Shown here: in pieces, positions 14,756 through 26,179 of the stretch
Numbering within the stretch: position 1 is the stretch's first letter
Layout: every line of letters starts with the position of its first letter
DNA from: Eledone cirrhosa
Lineage: Eukaryota
Length of the DNA stretch: 64,000 nt
Direction of reading: 5' to 3'
Assembly: GCA_964016885.1 (NCBI GenBank)
Contig: OZ024743.1
Location: 104,036,001 to 104,100,000, forward strand
The notes under the pieces: generated by a model
The model's database searches: none
What the model saw: the letters and a program-made list of their open reading frames with translations, nothing else
Told to the model about the DNA's origin: nothing
Position numbers and translations under genes: made by a program

Positions 14756-17195
14756 TATAATATCTATCACTGATAAGGGAAACAAATCCAAGAGATTGGC
14801 AACATCATCATTTTATGTCCACTTTCCATGCTGACATGGTTTAGACAGGTTGTCATGGTCAGAGCAACCCCATTTTGCTTGTTACATTCCATATTTGGCA
14901 TGGTTTCTATGGCAATTTTTTGGAAATTTATATATTGTTGCTTAGCCTTTATTGTTGGTGTTTAGCACCAAGTTGACTGACAGCAAACATGAAAGATATT
15001 CTTACTTTGTCAGCTTGGTGTTAAATACCAACAATAAAGATTAACTGACAGCAACAGACCTATGAAAAACATTCCTAACATGACAATCTCAAATTGTTTG
15101 CAGGCATAGCATACCTTGGGCAACACAATACAATGAACCCGTTTTTTTAAGATGATAGAGTGGAATTTGAGGAAGTTTAGCTGCTGTTTCTGGCTAAATC
15201 GATAAACAAAGTACCAGCCCAGTACTGGGCTGGATTTTTCCTCAATCTCTCTCTCTTTCTCTGAACGAAATTTGCTGTATTCAGACATGGAGAGGTGATG
15301 GGCTCTGCCAGGTTTAAATGCCCAAGCCATGCCATATGCCCCTACAATTCAATTAGGAGTTAGGGATCCTTTATGTAGCATAATAACTACAATTATGCCC
15401 TCCATCATCATCATTAACATTTAATGCTTATTTTCCATGCATCCTGGGGTTAGACTGGTCAGGTGATCACATCTTACTTATCCACTCTATTTTTGGCTAC
15501 GTTTCTAAGGTTGGATACCTTTCCTAATAACTACTTTATAGCATGTAGTAGGAGTATGGTCTCTACAGCTTTAAGCCATTCCTAACACCAGTCACTTTAC
15601 AACATGAAAACTACTGCACTCTTTAAACTTCAACACGCTGTCAGGGACAAACTGCAACAATAGAGTAATCTCCCTTTAATACATAATGAAGTGTCAAGGG
15701 AAGCAATTCATATAAAAATTCAGCATGCTGAAGGTTAATTATATAATCACTAGATGAAGAATGTTGAGTGAGATTTCACTTCACTATAGCATTGGCAGAT
15801 CTACAAGTAAAGATATAAAACCTTCTCTCATTATCATTGCTAACCTTTAGCATGATGTCTTATTATATAACTATCATTTTCATTGTCAATTTTGTCTGCT
15901 TCACCATGTTGGAATGAGATGGATGGGGCTTGGTGTTGTGTCATTTGTCAGAGCTCTTTGCTGCAGTATGCCATGTATTTGATATGGTTTTTACGGACAA
16001 AAAAAAAAAAAAAAAAAAATACCAACAGCGCCATATTATTTTAAAATTTATTCCACAGTTGTAGTGTATATTTGATCATCATCATCATAGTTTAACATCT
16101 GCCTTCCTTGCTAGCAAGGGTTGAATAGTACTTCAGAGACCTAGTCAATTACTCTAACAGGGCTATTGACCTTTCATATGTTCCTGTACTTTACTGAGTA
16201 CATTCCATCATGGCACAAGAACTTGGGAGGTTAGCTGAAGAAACCTCCTGAGTTCCTGTTGGACAGGTTTCCTATGGCTGAATACCTTTCATATCACCAA
16301 CTAATTTACAGAATATACTGGGTGCATTTATCATCATGCCTTTGACACAGCTGAGAAGTCCTCCTGGCAGGTTTTCTATAGTTAAATGCCCTTCCTTTAC
16401 AATGAACTGTATCTGTTTATTGTGTAGATCACCAAAATACACCTCACATAAAGAAGTGAACAAATCACATTACATTTCGTGAGAGAGCTGGATAGTATCA
16501 TACCAACAACAGTTAAAAAATATAGCACAGTGACCAGATATATGAAACAAACTGATGGTTACTATTGATAAAGAGAGATTAAGACTAGCAAACTTTCTTT
16601 TTAATCATTCAACATTTTTCAAGAGATAATATCTGTAAAATTACATCCTCTCCCAGTCAGAATTTACTATATATTATCAATTTTTCATTCAGTTTACTAT
16701 GCTAATATGAATTGGATGGGATGCTTTGAGAAAATAATCAATTAATCAAAGCTATATAACAATTATAAATGTGAAGAGAAAATAGACAAGCAGATATATT
16801 ACTTGCCAACCATCCAGCCATTACCACCCTTTTGTGACCGTTATACCACATGATAATTCTCCCTCCAGAAAATTTTTCACGGGTAGTGGTCAGTTCAGGA
16901 ATCCATCCTTTCATTGAGGAGTCTCTTGATAAGCCAACAACCTCATGGCCCTAGTGCACTTTAGTTGCACTCTGACTGCATACCAGTCGGCAAAACCGTA
17001 GTTGAGACTTTGAAGAAAAAATTAGGTATATTTTGTCTATTTACTCTTCACATTTATCATTGTTATATATATATAAACCATTTTTCTGGTGACAGGGCGC
17101 ATGAGTTGGAACAAATACTGCAAGGTATCCTGTCTGATGTAACATTTTCACCAATCCACTGCTCTACTCTGGACTGGCACTTTATTTATTAATCC

Positions 17196-17413
17196 TTAAC
17201 GCTTTAATGTTCAAACCGGCCAAAATTCTCTACCTTTTTCTGTTGAAACTGGCTGTAACTGGTCACTCAAACTGATGTTAAGGTATTGTTCTCAAAATAA
17301 ATACTTTCAAAATCTCATAGATTCGATATTAAGCGAGATAATTATGCGAGGTATAGCCTTTACCACGAAAATATAATAGCATATATAGAGTAAAGTAAAT
17401 GCTAAAGGGTTAA
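17196..17413. mobile_element. piggyBac-like TTAA MITE (second copy at 657-868 in opposite orientation)
   Basis: Ends ttaacgcttta... and ...taaatgctaaagggttaa. Removing the element restores an old SINE core (atccTTAAaggatgaa), which shows TTAA duplication. Confidence 0.75.
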
Positions 17414-17644
17414 AGGATGAATAACAAATTGACCTTGGCCAGATTTGAAATCAGAGCACAGAAAACTAGAACAGGTAGCACAAGATATTTAAACTGATGC
17501 TGTAAGAACTCTGCCAGTTGGCCACCCTTAATTGCAAAATGTTACACATTGATCACAGAATGTTAAGTAGGAAGAAGGAGAAGATTTTCACATGAGAAGA
17601 TGTTGATTACAGAGCCATCTAACTCATGCTAACATAGAAAAGTG

Positions 17645-18055
17645 GATGTTAAATTGAGACCACTGTCAATTAGGACATTAAATCAATAGTTATCAATTAG
17701 GATGTTAAATTGACACTGCTTTTAGTCAACTAAGATATTAAATTGACAATGTTTAGTCATTAAGACATTAAATTGAGACTGCTTGCAGTCAATTATATGT
17801 TAAATTGATACTGCTTGCAGTCAATTATATGTTAAATTGACACTGCTTGAAGTCAATTAAGACATTAAATTGACATTGCTTGTAGTCAATTAAGACATTA
17901 AATTGACATTGCTTGTAGTCAATTAAGACATTAAATTGATACTGCTTACAGTTATTAAAATGTTAAATTGACACTGTTTGCACTAAATTATGATGTTAAA
18001 TTGACATTACTATCAATTATGATGTTAAATTGACACTGTAATCAATTAGGATGAT
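17645..18055. repeat. ~33-bp degenerate minisatellite (about 13 units)
   Basis: Unit gacattaaattgacattgcttgtagtcaattaa; period 33 between 17861 and 17894. Confidence 0.9.
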
Positions 18056-18601
18056 ACCAAATTTAATTTGTCCAAAAATGTTGTAAATAACTTGAAAATT
18101 ACAAAATAAGAAAAGTTGCATGCATGTATTGATGTCTAACAGATGAAAATTATAACATTATACTTATACTCTGTTTATATTGTGTATCTTCAATATTTAA
18201 ATTTTTAAATATAAGTTGAACCTTTTCTCATGAAAAATATCATGTAAAAACCAGCATGTGTGCTTTATCTACTGGACTGAGAAAACTTTATATGCAAGTT
18301 AAATACTGAGCCAGGAATGTTGTATATAGAGAATGGGAGTGAATGACATCAGCACTAGGGCCATTCATCAGCTGGTAGTAAAGTGCAGACTCTTGTTCTG
18401 TTGATCATCAGGTGACAAGGCAGTAAGAACAATACAGCAGTTTAATCAAGTAACACATATATATGTATAAGCCTAGAAATATGTGACAAAAAAAAATCAA
18501 TTGGAAAATTAGTGGGGGAGGTAGGTAGACATTTCTGAAGTTAATATTTTGCCAATTTTCACTATCTTCAAATTTCTACATAAATGAAGTGCTAAAATAT
18601 T

Positions 18602-21055
18602 GTGAGTATTACACCAGTTTCACTTTGGAGGTGAATATTACACCAGTTTCACTTTGGAGGTGAATATTACACCAGTTTCACTTTGGAGGTGAATATTACA
18701 CCAGTTTCACTTTGGAGGTGAATATTACACCAGTTTCACTTTGGAGGTGAATATTACACCAGTTTCACTTTGGAGATGAATATTACACCAGTTTCACTTT
18801 GGAGATGAATATTACACCAGTTTCACTTTGGAGATGAATATTACACCAGTTTCACTTTGGAGATGAATATTACAGCAGTTTCACTTTGGAGGTGAATATT
18901 ACAGCAGTTTCACTTTGGAGGTGAATATTACACCAGTTTCACTTTGGAGATGAATATTACACCAGTTTCACTTTGGAGATGAATATTACAGCAGTTTCAC
19001 TTTGGAGATGAATATTGAAACAGTTTCACTTTCAACATGAATATTGAAACAGTTTCACTTTGGAGGTGAATATTACACCAGTTTCACTTTGGAGATGAAT
19101 ATTGAAACAGTTTCACTTTCAACATGAATATTGAAACAGTTTCACTTTCAAGGTGAATAATGCAACAGTTTCACTTTCAAGGTGAATATTGCAACAGTTT
19201 CACTTTCAAGGTGAATATTGCAACAGTTTCACTTTCAAGGTGAATAATGCAACAGTTTCACTTTCAACATGAATAATGCAAGTTTCACTTTCAAGGTGAA
19301 TATTGCAACAGTTTCACTTTCAATGTGAATATTGCAACAGTTTCACTTTCAAGGTGAATAATGCAACAGTTTCACTTTCAAGGTGAATAATGCAACAGTT
19401 TCACTTTCAAGGTGAATATTGAAACAGTTTCACTTTCAAGGTGAATAATGCAACAGTTTCACTTTCAACATGAATATTGCAACAGTTTCACTTTCAAGGT
19501 GAATATTGAAACAGTTTCACTTTCAAGGTGAATAATGCAACAGTTTCACTTTCAACATGAATATTGCAACAGTTTCACTTTCAAGGTGAATAATGCAACA
19601 GTTTCACTTTCAAGGTGAATAATGCAACAGTTTCACTTTCAACATGAATAATGCAACAGTTTCACTTTCAAGGTGAATAATGCAACAGTTTCACTTTCAA
19701 CATGAATAATGCAAGTTTCACTTTCAACATGAATAATGCAACAGTTTCACTTTCAACATGAATAATGCAACAGTTTCACTTTCAACATGAATAATGCAAG
19801 TTTCACTTTCAACATGAATAATGCAACAGTTTCACTTTCAAGGTGAATATTGAAACAGTTTCACTTTCAAGGTGAATAATGCAACAGTTTCACTTTCAAC
19901 ATGAATATTGCAACAGTTTCACTTTCAAGGTGAATATTGCAACAGTTTCACTTTCAAGGTGAATATTGAAACAGTTTCACTTTCAAGGTGAATAATGCAA
20001 CAGTTTCACTTTCAACATGAATAATGCAACAGTTTCACTTTCAACATGAATAATGCAACAGTTTCACTTTCAACATGAATAATGCAACAGTTTCACTTTC
20101 AAGGTGAATAATGCAACAGTTTCACTTTCAAGGTGAATATTGAAACAGTTTCACTTTCAAGGTGAATATTGAAACAGTTTCACTTTCAAGGTGAATATTG
20201 AAACAGTTTCACTTTCAAGGTGAATATTGCAACAGTTTCACTTTCAAGGTGAATATTGCAACAGTTTCACTTTCAAGGTGAATATTGCAACAGTTTCACT
20301 TTCAAGGTGAATATTGCAACAGTTTCACTTTCAAGGTGAATATTGCAACAGTTTCACTTTCAAGGTGAATATTGCAAGTTTCACTTTCAAGGTGAATATT
20401 GCAACAGTTTCACTTTCAAGGTGAATATTGCAACAGTTTCACTTTCAAGGTGAATATTGCAAGTTTCACTTTCAAGGTGAATATTGAAACAGTTTCACTT
20501 TCAAGGTGAATATTGAAACAGTTTCACTTTCAAGGTGAATATTGCAACAGTTTCACTTTCAACATGAATAATGCAAGTTTCACTTTCAAGGTGAATATTG
20601 CAACAGTTTCACTTTCAAGGTGAATATTGCAACAGTTTCACTTTCAAGGTGAATAATGCAACAGTTTCACTTTCAACATGAATAATGCAACAGTTCCACT
20701 TTCAAGGTGAATAATGCAACAGTTTCACTTTCAAGGTGAATATTGCAAGTTTCACTTTCAAGGTGAATATTGCAAGTTTCACTTTCGAGGTGAATATTGC
20801 TACAGTTTCACTTTCAAGGTGAATATTGCAAGTTTCACTTTCAAGGTGAATAATGCAACAGTTCCACTTTCAAGGTGAATAATGCAACAGTTTCACTTTC
20901 AAGGTGAATATTGCAAGTTTCACTTTCAAGGTGAATATTGCAAGTTTCACTTTCGAGGTGAATATTGCAAGTTTCACTTTCAAGGTGAATATTGCAAGTT
21001 TCACTTTCGAGGTGAATATTGCTACAGTTTCACTTTCAACGTGAATATTGCAACG
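18602..21055. repeat. 29-bp minisatellite (about 85 units, with 27-bp variants)
   Basis: Unit gtgaatatt(a/g)ca(c/a)cagtttcacttt(gg/ca)ag; period 29 measured at 18602, 18631, 18660; no unique spacers. Confidence 0.97.
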
Positions 21056-21141
21056 TGCAAATTATATTCAGAGCCAAGACTTTGGTGAGGATGATTGATT
21101 TAAAATGACATAGAAATAGAATTTGAATTGCTTCTACTTAC

Positions 21142-21252
21142 TTTCATATCATTATTTTCTTTATCAATATAGGTAAGGCCAAAGTAATCCTTTTCAAGAA
21201 GATTCAGATAATCACATACTTTTTCAAACAATTCCTGGCCATTAGCTTGTTT
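21142..21252 (-). CDS. EPB41: Internal exon of a protein 4.1/coracle (EPB41 family) gene, FERM N-lobe: [37 protein letters not shown]
   Basis: On the minus strand, acceptor tttatttttcag| and donor |gtaagt bound 111 nt (37 codons, phase 0/0, no stops). The peptide matches the band-4.1 motif [24 protein letters not shown], recognised from vertebrate EPB41L proteins. Flanking exons were not found in the window. Confidence 0.9.
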
Positions 21253-22539
21253 CTGAAAAATAAACACAGGGAGATAAATATATCACAGTTTTATATATCT
21301 ATTGTTCATGCTTGCAAGGATTAGACAGGTTGTCATGTTCTGAGACTAATTTTGCTCATACAATCCATTTTGGCATGGTTTCTACAACTGGATGCCCTTC
21401 CTAACAACAACCACTTCAAAGCATGTACAGAGTGTTTTATTGTGTCAGCAGCACAACCATCAAAACAAAACAATTTATTCTAACATTTAATTGAATAAAT
21501 ATAAAAAAATATAATCAAAATACACAGCTGATTGTATTTATAAAGGAATAAAATTTATGTTTTGGAATGCCTAATAAAGATATTCCCTTCATTGTCAAGA
21601 TGCCTGCATCATCATCATCATTCAACATCCATACTTCACAGACTGAGTCAGTACTTAAGTGGGGCTACTGACCTCTCAGATAGGCCAGGAGCCTGTATCT
21701 TGCTTGCATACATCCCTGTATTAAAATGGATGGAAGGGGGGCTAATTTCTTGCATATATTGCCAATGATAATCATGGCCTAAACTATTGGCCAATGGGTT
21801 GTTATTGCCTTCCCCCAGCTCACAAATGAAGAAGAACTAACTGAACACTGCAAACTAACAAACTCATTATTTAAACAGTTGTAGGGCAGTAAATTAATAA
21901 ATTCGTTAGAGCATTGGACAAATACTAGGCAATATTTAATCCAGGGCTTTACTTTCTAACTACAAATTTAACTGATGTCAACTTTGACTTTCATCCATCC
22001 ACAGTTGACAAAATACCAGTCAAACACTGGGGTCAGTATAATTGACACTTTTTCCCCTAACATTACTGGTGCTCTTCTTAAATTATAAAATTACTTATAC
22101 ACTATTATTACTTTTTCTAGCTAAGAGATATATCTGTACATTGTGTCTAATTGACGGTTAAGTGAACCATAATGGCAAGGGTTTAGAGACTAAACTAGAC
22201 TATGGAATGGAAAAGAGCTCCATCAATTTTGACAATGAGTATTCTAGATGTTCAATCAATGAAACAAATCTGTTCATGAAATTAACATGTAAATGGCTGA
22301 ACGTTTACAGATGCATGTTCTCATAACATAATACTCAGTGCAATTCAGCATGTGAGTATGTTTCAAGGCTGGCCTTTTGAATTACATGTACAGTTCCATT
22401 GACAAGGATTGATTTAAGGCTATGGCAAATGACATCTGCTCTAGATGCCATGCTTCTTAAACATTCTACCATGCTTACTTGTAGATATTATGTGAAAATG
22501 ACAGGAAAAGAACTAGTTACTCTGTGATTTGGCATTATT

Positions 22540-22612
22540 GACTGGCTAGCTCAGTCAGTAGAGCACAAGACTCTTGATCTTGGGGTTGTGGATTCCAGCC
22601 CCACATTGGGTG
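22540..22612 (+). pseudogene. tRNA-Lys(CTT) pseudogene
   Basis: 73 nt colinear with the metazoan tRNA-Lys-CTT (GCCCGGCTAGCTCAGTCGGTAGAGC...CTCTTAA...GGTTCGAGCCCCACGTTGGGCG). The anticodon stem caaga/tcttg is intact, but D-loop G18, the B box (gattcca) and the acceptor stem are mutated, many changes at CpG sites. Confidence 0.85.
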
Positions 22613-25178
22613 AATTTAATAGTTTTAAAAATCACCCAGTTCACACTGTAAATGTGGTAGGCATTAGGAAGGGTTAGGGCATCCAGCCATAGAAACCAAG
22701 CAATAAATGGTTCAGTGTAAGCACGACGGTCATCTGATCGGACTTGTCTCACAATGGGACAATCCATCTAACCCATGATAGCATGGAAAAATGGATGTTA
22801 AACACTGATATTATGATGATAGCTGTACTATTGAAAGTACATTGACACTTCATATATGCAGTAAAGTAGAGAAACATTACTACATTGTCAACAGGACAGT
22901 TAATTGGTGTTTCTCTGTTACTAAAAGAGCAGAGCACTTTATTTATGACTAATGTTGAAAACAATGTCTGTGAGATAGAGAAAATAACATTGAGATTAAA
23001 AGGACTATTAGTGTAAACTAGAATAATAGTTATTAAGTCATCAAATTGTTTTACTGATCAGATTGTACAGACAAATAACACTTAAGTTAGCTAAATAACT
23101 AGACAGGTAAATAACTGGTTTTAACTATACAGAAAAACGTACTCAACTAAATTACAAGTTAAAATAAAATAGTTTAATTTATTTCTTAACACCAAGTTCT
23201 AACACACAAAATGTTTACTAAACTACAAACATTATGCAAAACATGGTTTTGCCTGCCTAACGGAAAAGAGATACTATTCTGAACTCTTAACACCCTATAC
23301 CACACGAAAACACATTAGCAAAATAACAAAACAGCACTGACAGCATCATTTTACTAAAAATCTTTACGTTAATTTACTGCAAATTTTTACAATGATCTGT
23401 TCACTACTTAAGATACTATAAACATTTGAATTAGCAAACCCGTTTTTAGATATGTTCTGCTAAATCATTACAGGACGTTTAAAAGTTTATTTAGAGTTGA
23501 GCAGCTAGCAAGAGAAAGCCTATTGAATTAGGAAAAAAAATGACACTAACAATTTATATGTAAATATGGAAACTGCCACTAAACATAAAATAATATAATT
23601 TATAAAAATGTAAGAAACTGCTAATAAAAACCTATTGCAACCAGATGCTGTATATATTATAGTGTCTTCAATCAATAAGGTTTGGATTAATAATATTTTC
23701 ACACACAATGACAATTTTCCTAGAGTACAATACTTTACACACAGTAGAGTGCAGGATCATGTCAGACCACCAGTCCACCTGAATGGAGGTTAGTGGCTCT
23801 GCTTGAATACTGACTGGTCTGTGATGGTATATCCAACCCTTTCTAACAGGGAAAACAGACACTAAATGATAATTATGATGATGTGACTATTCATCAATTA
23901 TGTACCCTACTGTTACTGCCATCCTAATGTCACCTTGTCTGCAATCATCCTCATCATTACCATTTAACATCTATTTCCCATGCTTGCATAAATTAGATAG
24001 GTTGTCACATTTTGAGGCTAGACTAGTCAAGTGACCATGTTTTGCTCATTCATTCCTTTTTTTGGCTTGGTTTCTATGGCTGGATGCCCTTCCCAACACT
24101 AGCCATGCAAGTGTATACTGGGAACATTTCATTGTGACTCTGGCACTACTTCTTTACAGGTTAGACTGGGTGTTTTTGTCATGGCGCCCGCATGACTGCC
24201 TCACAGGGTGAACTGGGGACTTTTGTTGTTGAACCAACATCACTACCTTACAGTGTAAACTGAGTAGTATTCATCCTGGCACCAGTACTACCACTTTACA
24301 GAGTGAGCTGGGTTCATTTTTATTGCGGCACCATCACTGGGAGGTGTTAATAGGAGTGGGGGAACCACATCAATGTGGGAGGGGAAGCATCGTCATGGAG
24401 GATGGCCTTGAAGAGAGTGAGTTGCATCTAGCAATATATCGTGAGCCATGCCTGGCTTTCCATACTGACATGAATAGGACAAGTGAATCAGGTATGTAGA
24501 GCACAACTTTCTTCCATGCTGACAAGAGTTTTGCAGCAAAATTTAATTGGGGAAATGGTAGGGTGACAGGACACACACAATATCAGGGAGTGCAGGGAGA
24601 GAGTCAGTATATATTTAAAAAGCTCCATAGCTTTTCAAGAATGTCACTGAAAATCGTTTTTATGTAGGTATGTAAAGAGCTGAACTGCCTATACAACAAA
24701 CCTCTCCCTCCCCCTAAAGCTATAGAGTGAAGTCACAGTAAAAAATATAGCTTTATTACATGTGAGATTTGAAACTTAAGTTTGTTAGTGAGCTTTTAGT
24801 TGCTTGAATCTATTAAATACACGATTCAAAGCACCTATTGTTGGACATCACTGAACATGTTGAAGTTGCAAGATGAGTCAATTGAATTCAAGAAAGAGGA
24901 CATTCCAAGTTTAGTACACAATGACCTTTATAGTGTATGTAATAAGCTATTCTGATGGTCAATAATGGGTGCAGCCAGCCAGCATATGAGAAATAAAGAG
25001 AGATAGCAGTAAAGAAGTAGAGAGAAAGAGAGATAGGTAGAGAAGTAGAGAGAAAGAGAGATAGGTAGGGAAATAGAAAAGTAGTCAGATTGATTTGTGG
25101 GTGGGTGGATAAATAAATAAATGGATAGTTGGAAAGATAGATATATGGATAGACAGATAGAGAGCAAGATATATAAAC

Positions 25179-25281
<103 letters not shown>

Positions 25282-25717
25282 AATAGGAAAGCACAAGACA
25301 GAAAAGCTTAATATAGAACTAGTACATTTACAAGTGGCTTAATGTACAGAAAAGAGAGTTGTGATGTAAGTTAGGTGATTTGAAGAGCTAAGGAATGTAT
25401 CTACCATTGCCTCCACCCCCTCTCTCTCTCTCAGATACTCAGACTAAAACAACAAATAAATAAATAAACACATCTAGCAAACACCTAACACAATCTCAAT
25501 GTGTAACTTAATAACAGTCTACATACTGAACAATTAAAAGCAAGGCAAGAGATGCCATTTACTGTCTTACTGCACCGTGTCTAACACCTTAGCAGCTAGA
25601 TAGGGAAACTCAATATTGTATTTAGCTATATGTCCCATATATTCACATAGTTCTCTCTGTAAGAGTGTATATTAATAATATTTATATATCCTCTATGTAA
25701 GGGTGTATAGTAATAAT

Positions 25718-25902
25718 TATTTCTACTTTTTGGCACAAGGCCAGCAATTACCCAGTACATTACTGGTACTTTATTTTATCGACCCCGTAAAGATGAAAGG
25801 CAAAGTTAACCTTGGCGGGATTTGAACTCAGAATGGCAAGGGCCGTATCTATGCGTCAAAGCATGGCGTACGACTTTCTACCGATACTGCCAATTCACCG
25901 CC
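25718..25902 (-). mobile_element. Family A SINE
   Basis: Full copy; 14-bp TSD tgtatagtaataat at 25704-25717 and 25903-25916. Confidence 0.9.
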
Positions 25903-26179
25903 TGTATAGTAATAATATTTACATATCAACACCAACAATAACACTTCTGACTCATTCTATTTATTATTGTTACAAAGTTATCCAAAAATCATATGTGCAT
26001 GTATGTACTTATATATATATATAGAAAAATAACTGCATGGTGTAGAAGTGGGCCCTGTTAGCTGCAGGGAAGGCAATCCACCGAGGAAATCAGACTCCAA
26101 ATAAAAACTAACACAGAGTGGAGGGGACTCTCAAGTCCAGTAAGACAACCTCTCTACATGAATAATGCACGCAGTCCAC

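Noticed and set aside
16600-16632. Possible next FERM exon (acceptor followed by YYL)
   Set aside because: It continues LKNVE* rather than CLQ, so it is a chance match.
18602-21055. CRISPR array
   Set aside because: The 29-bp units are directly adjacent with no unique spacers, there are no cas genes, and the context is eukaryotic.
20882-21088. Repetitive ORF (FHFQGEYCK)n
   Set aside because: Chance open frame through 27-bp variants of the minisatellite.
22540-22612. Functional tRNA gene
   Set aside because: D-loop GG, the B box and the acceptor stem are mutated. SINE heads elsewhere are also only tRNA-derived.
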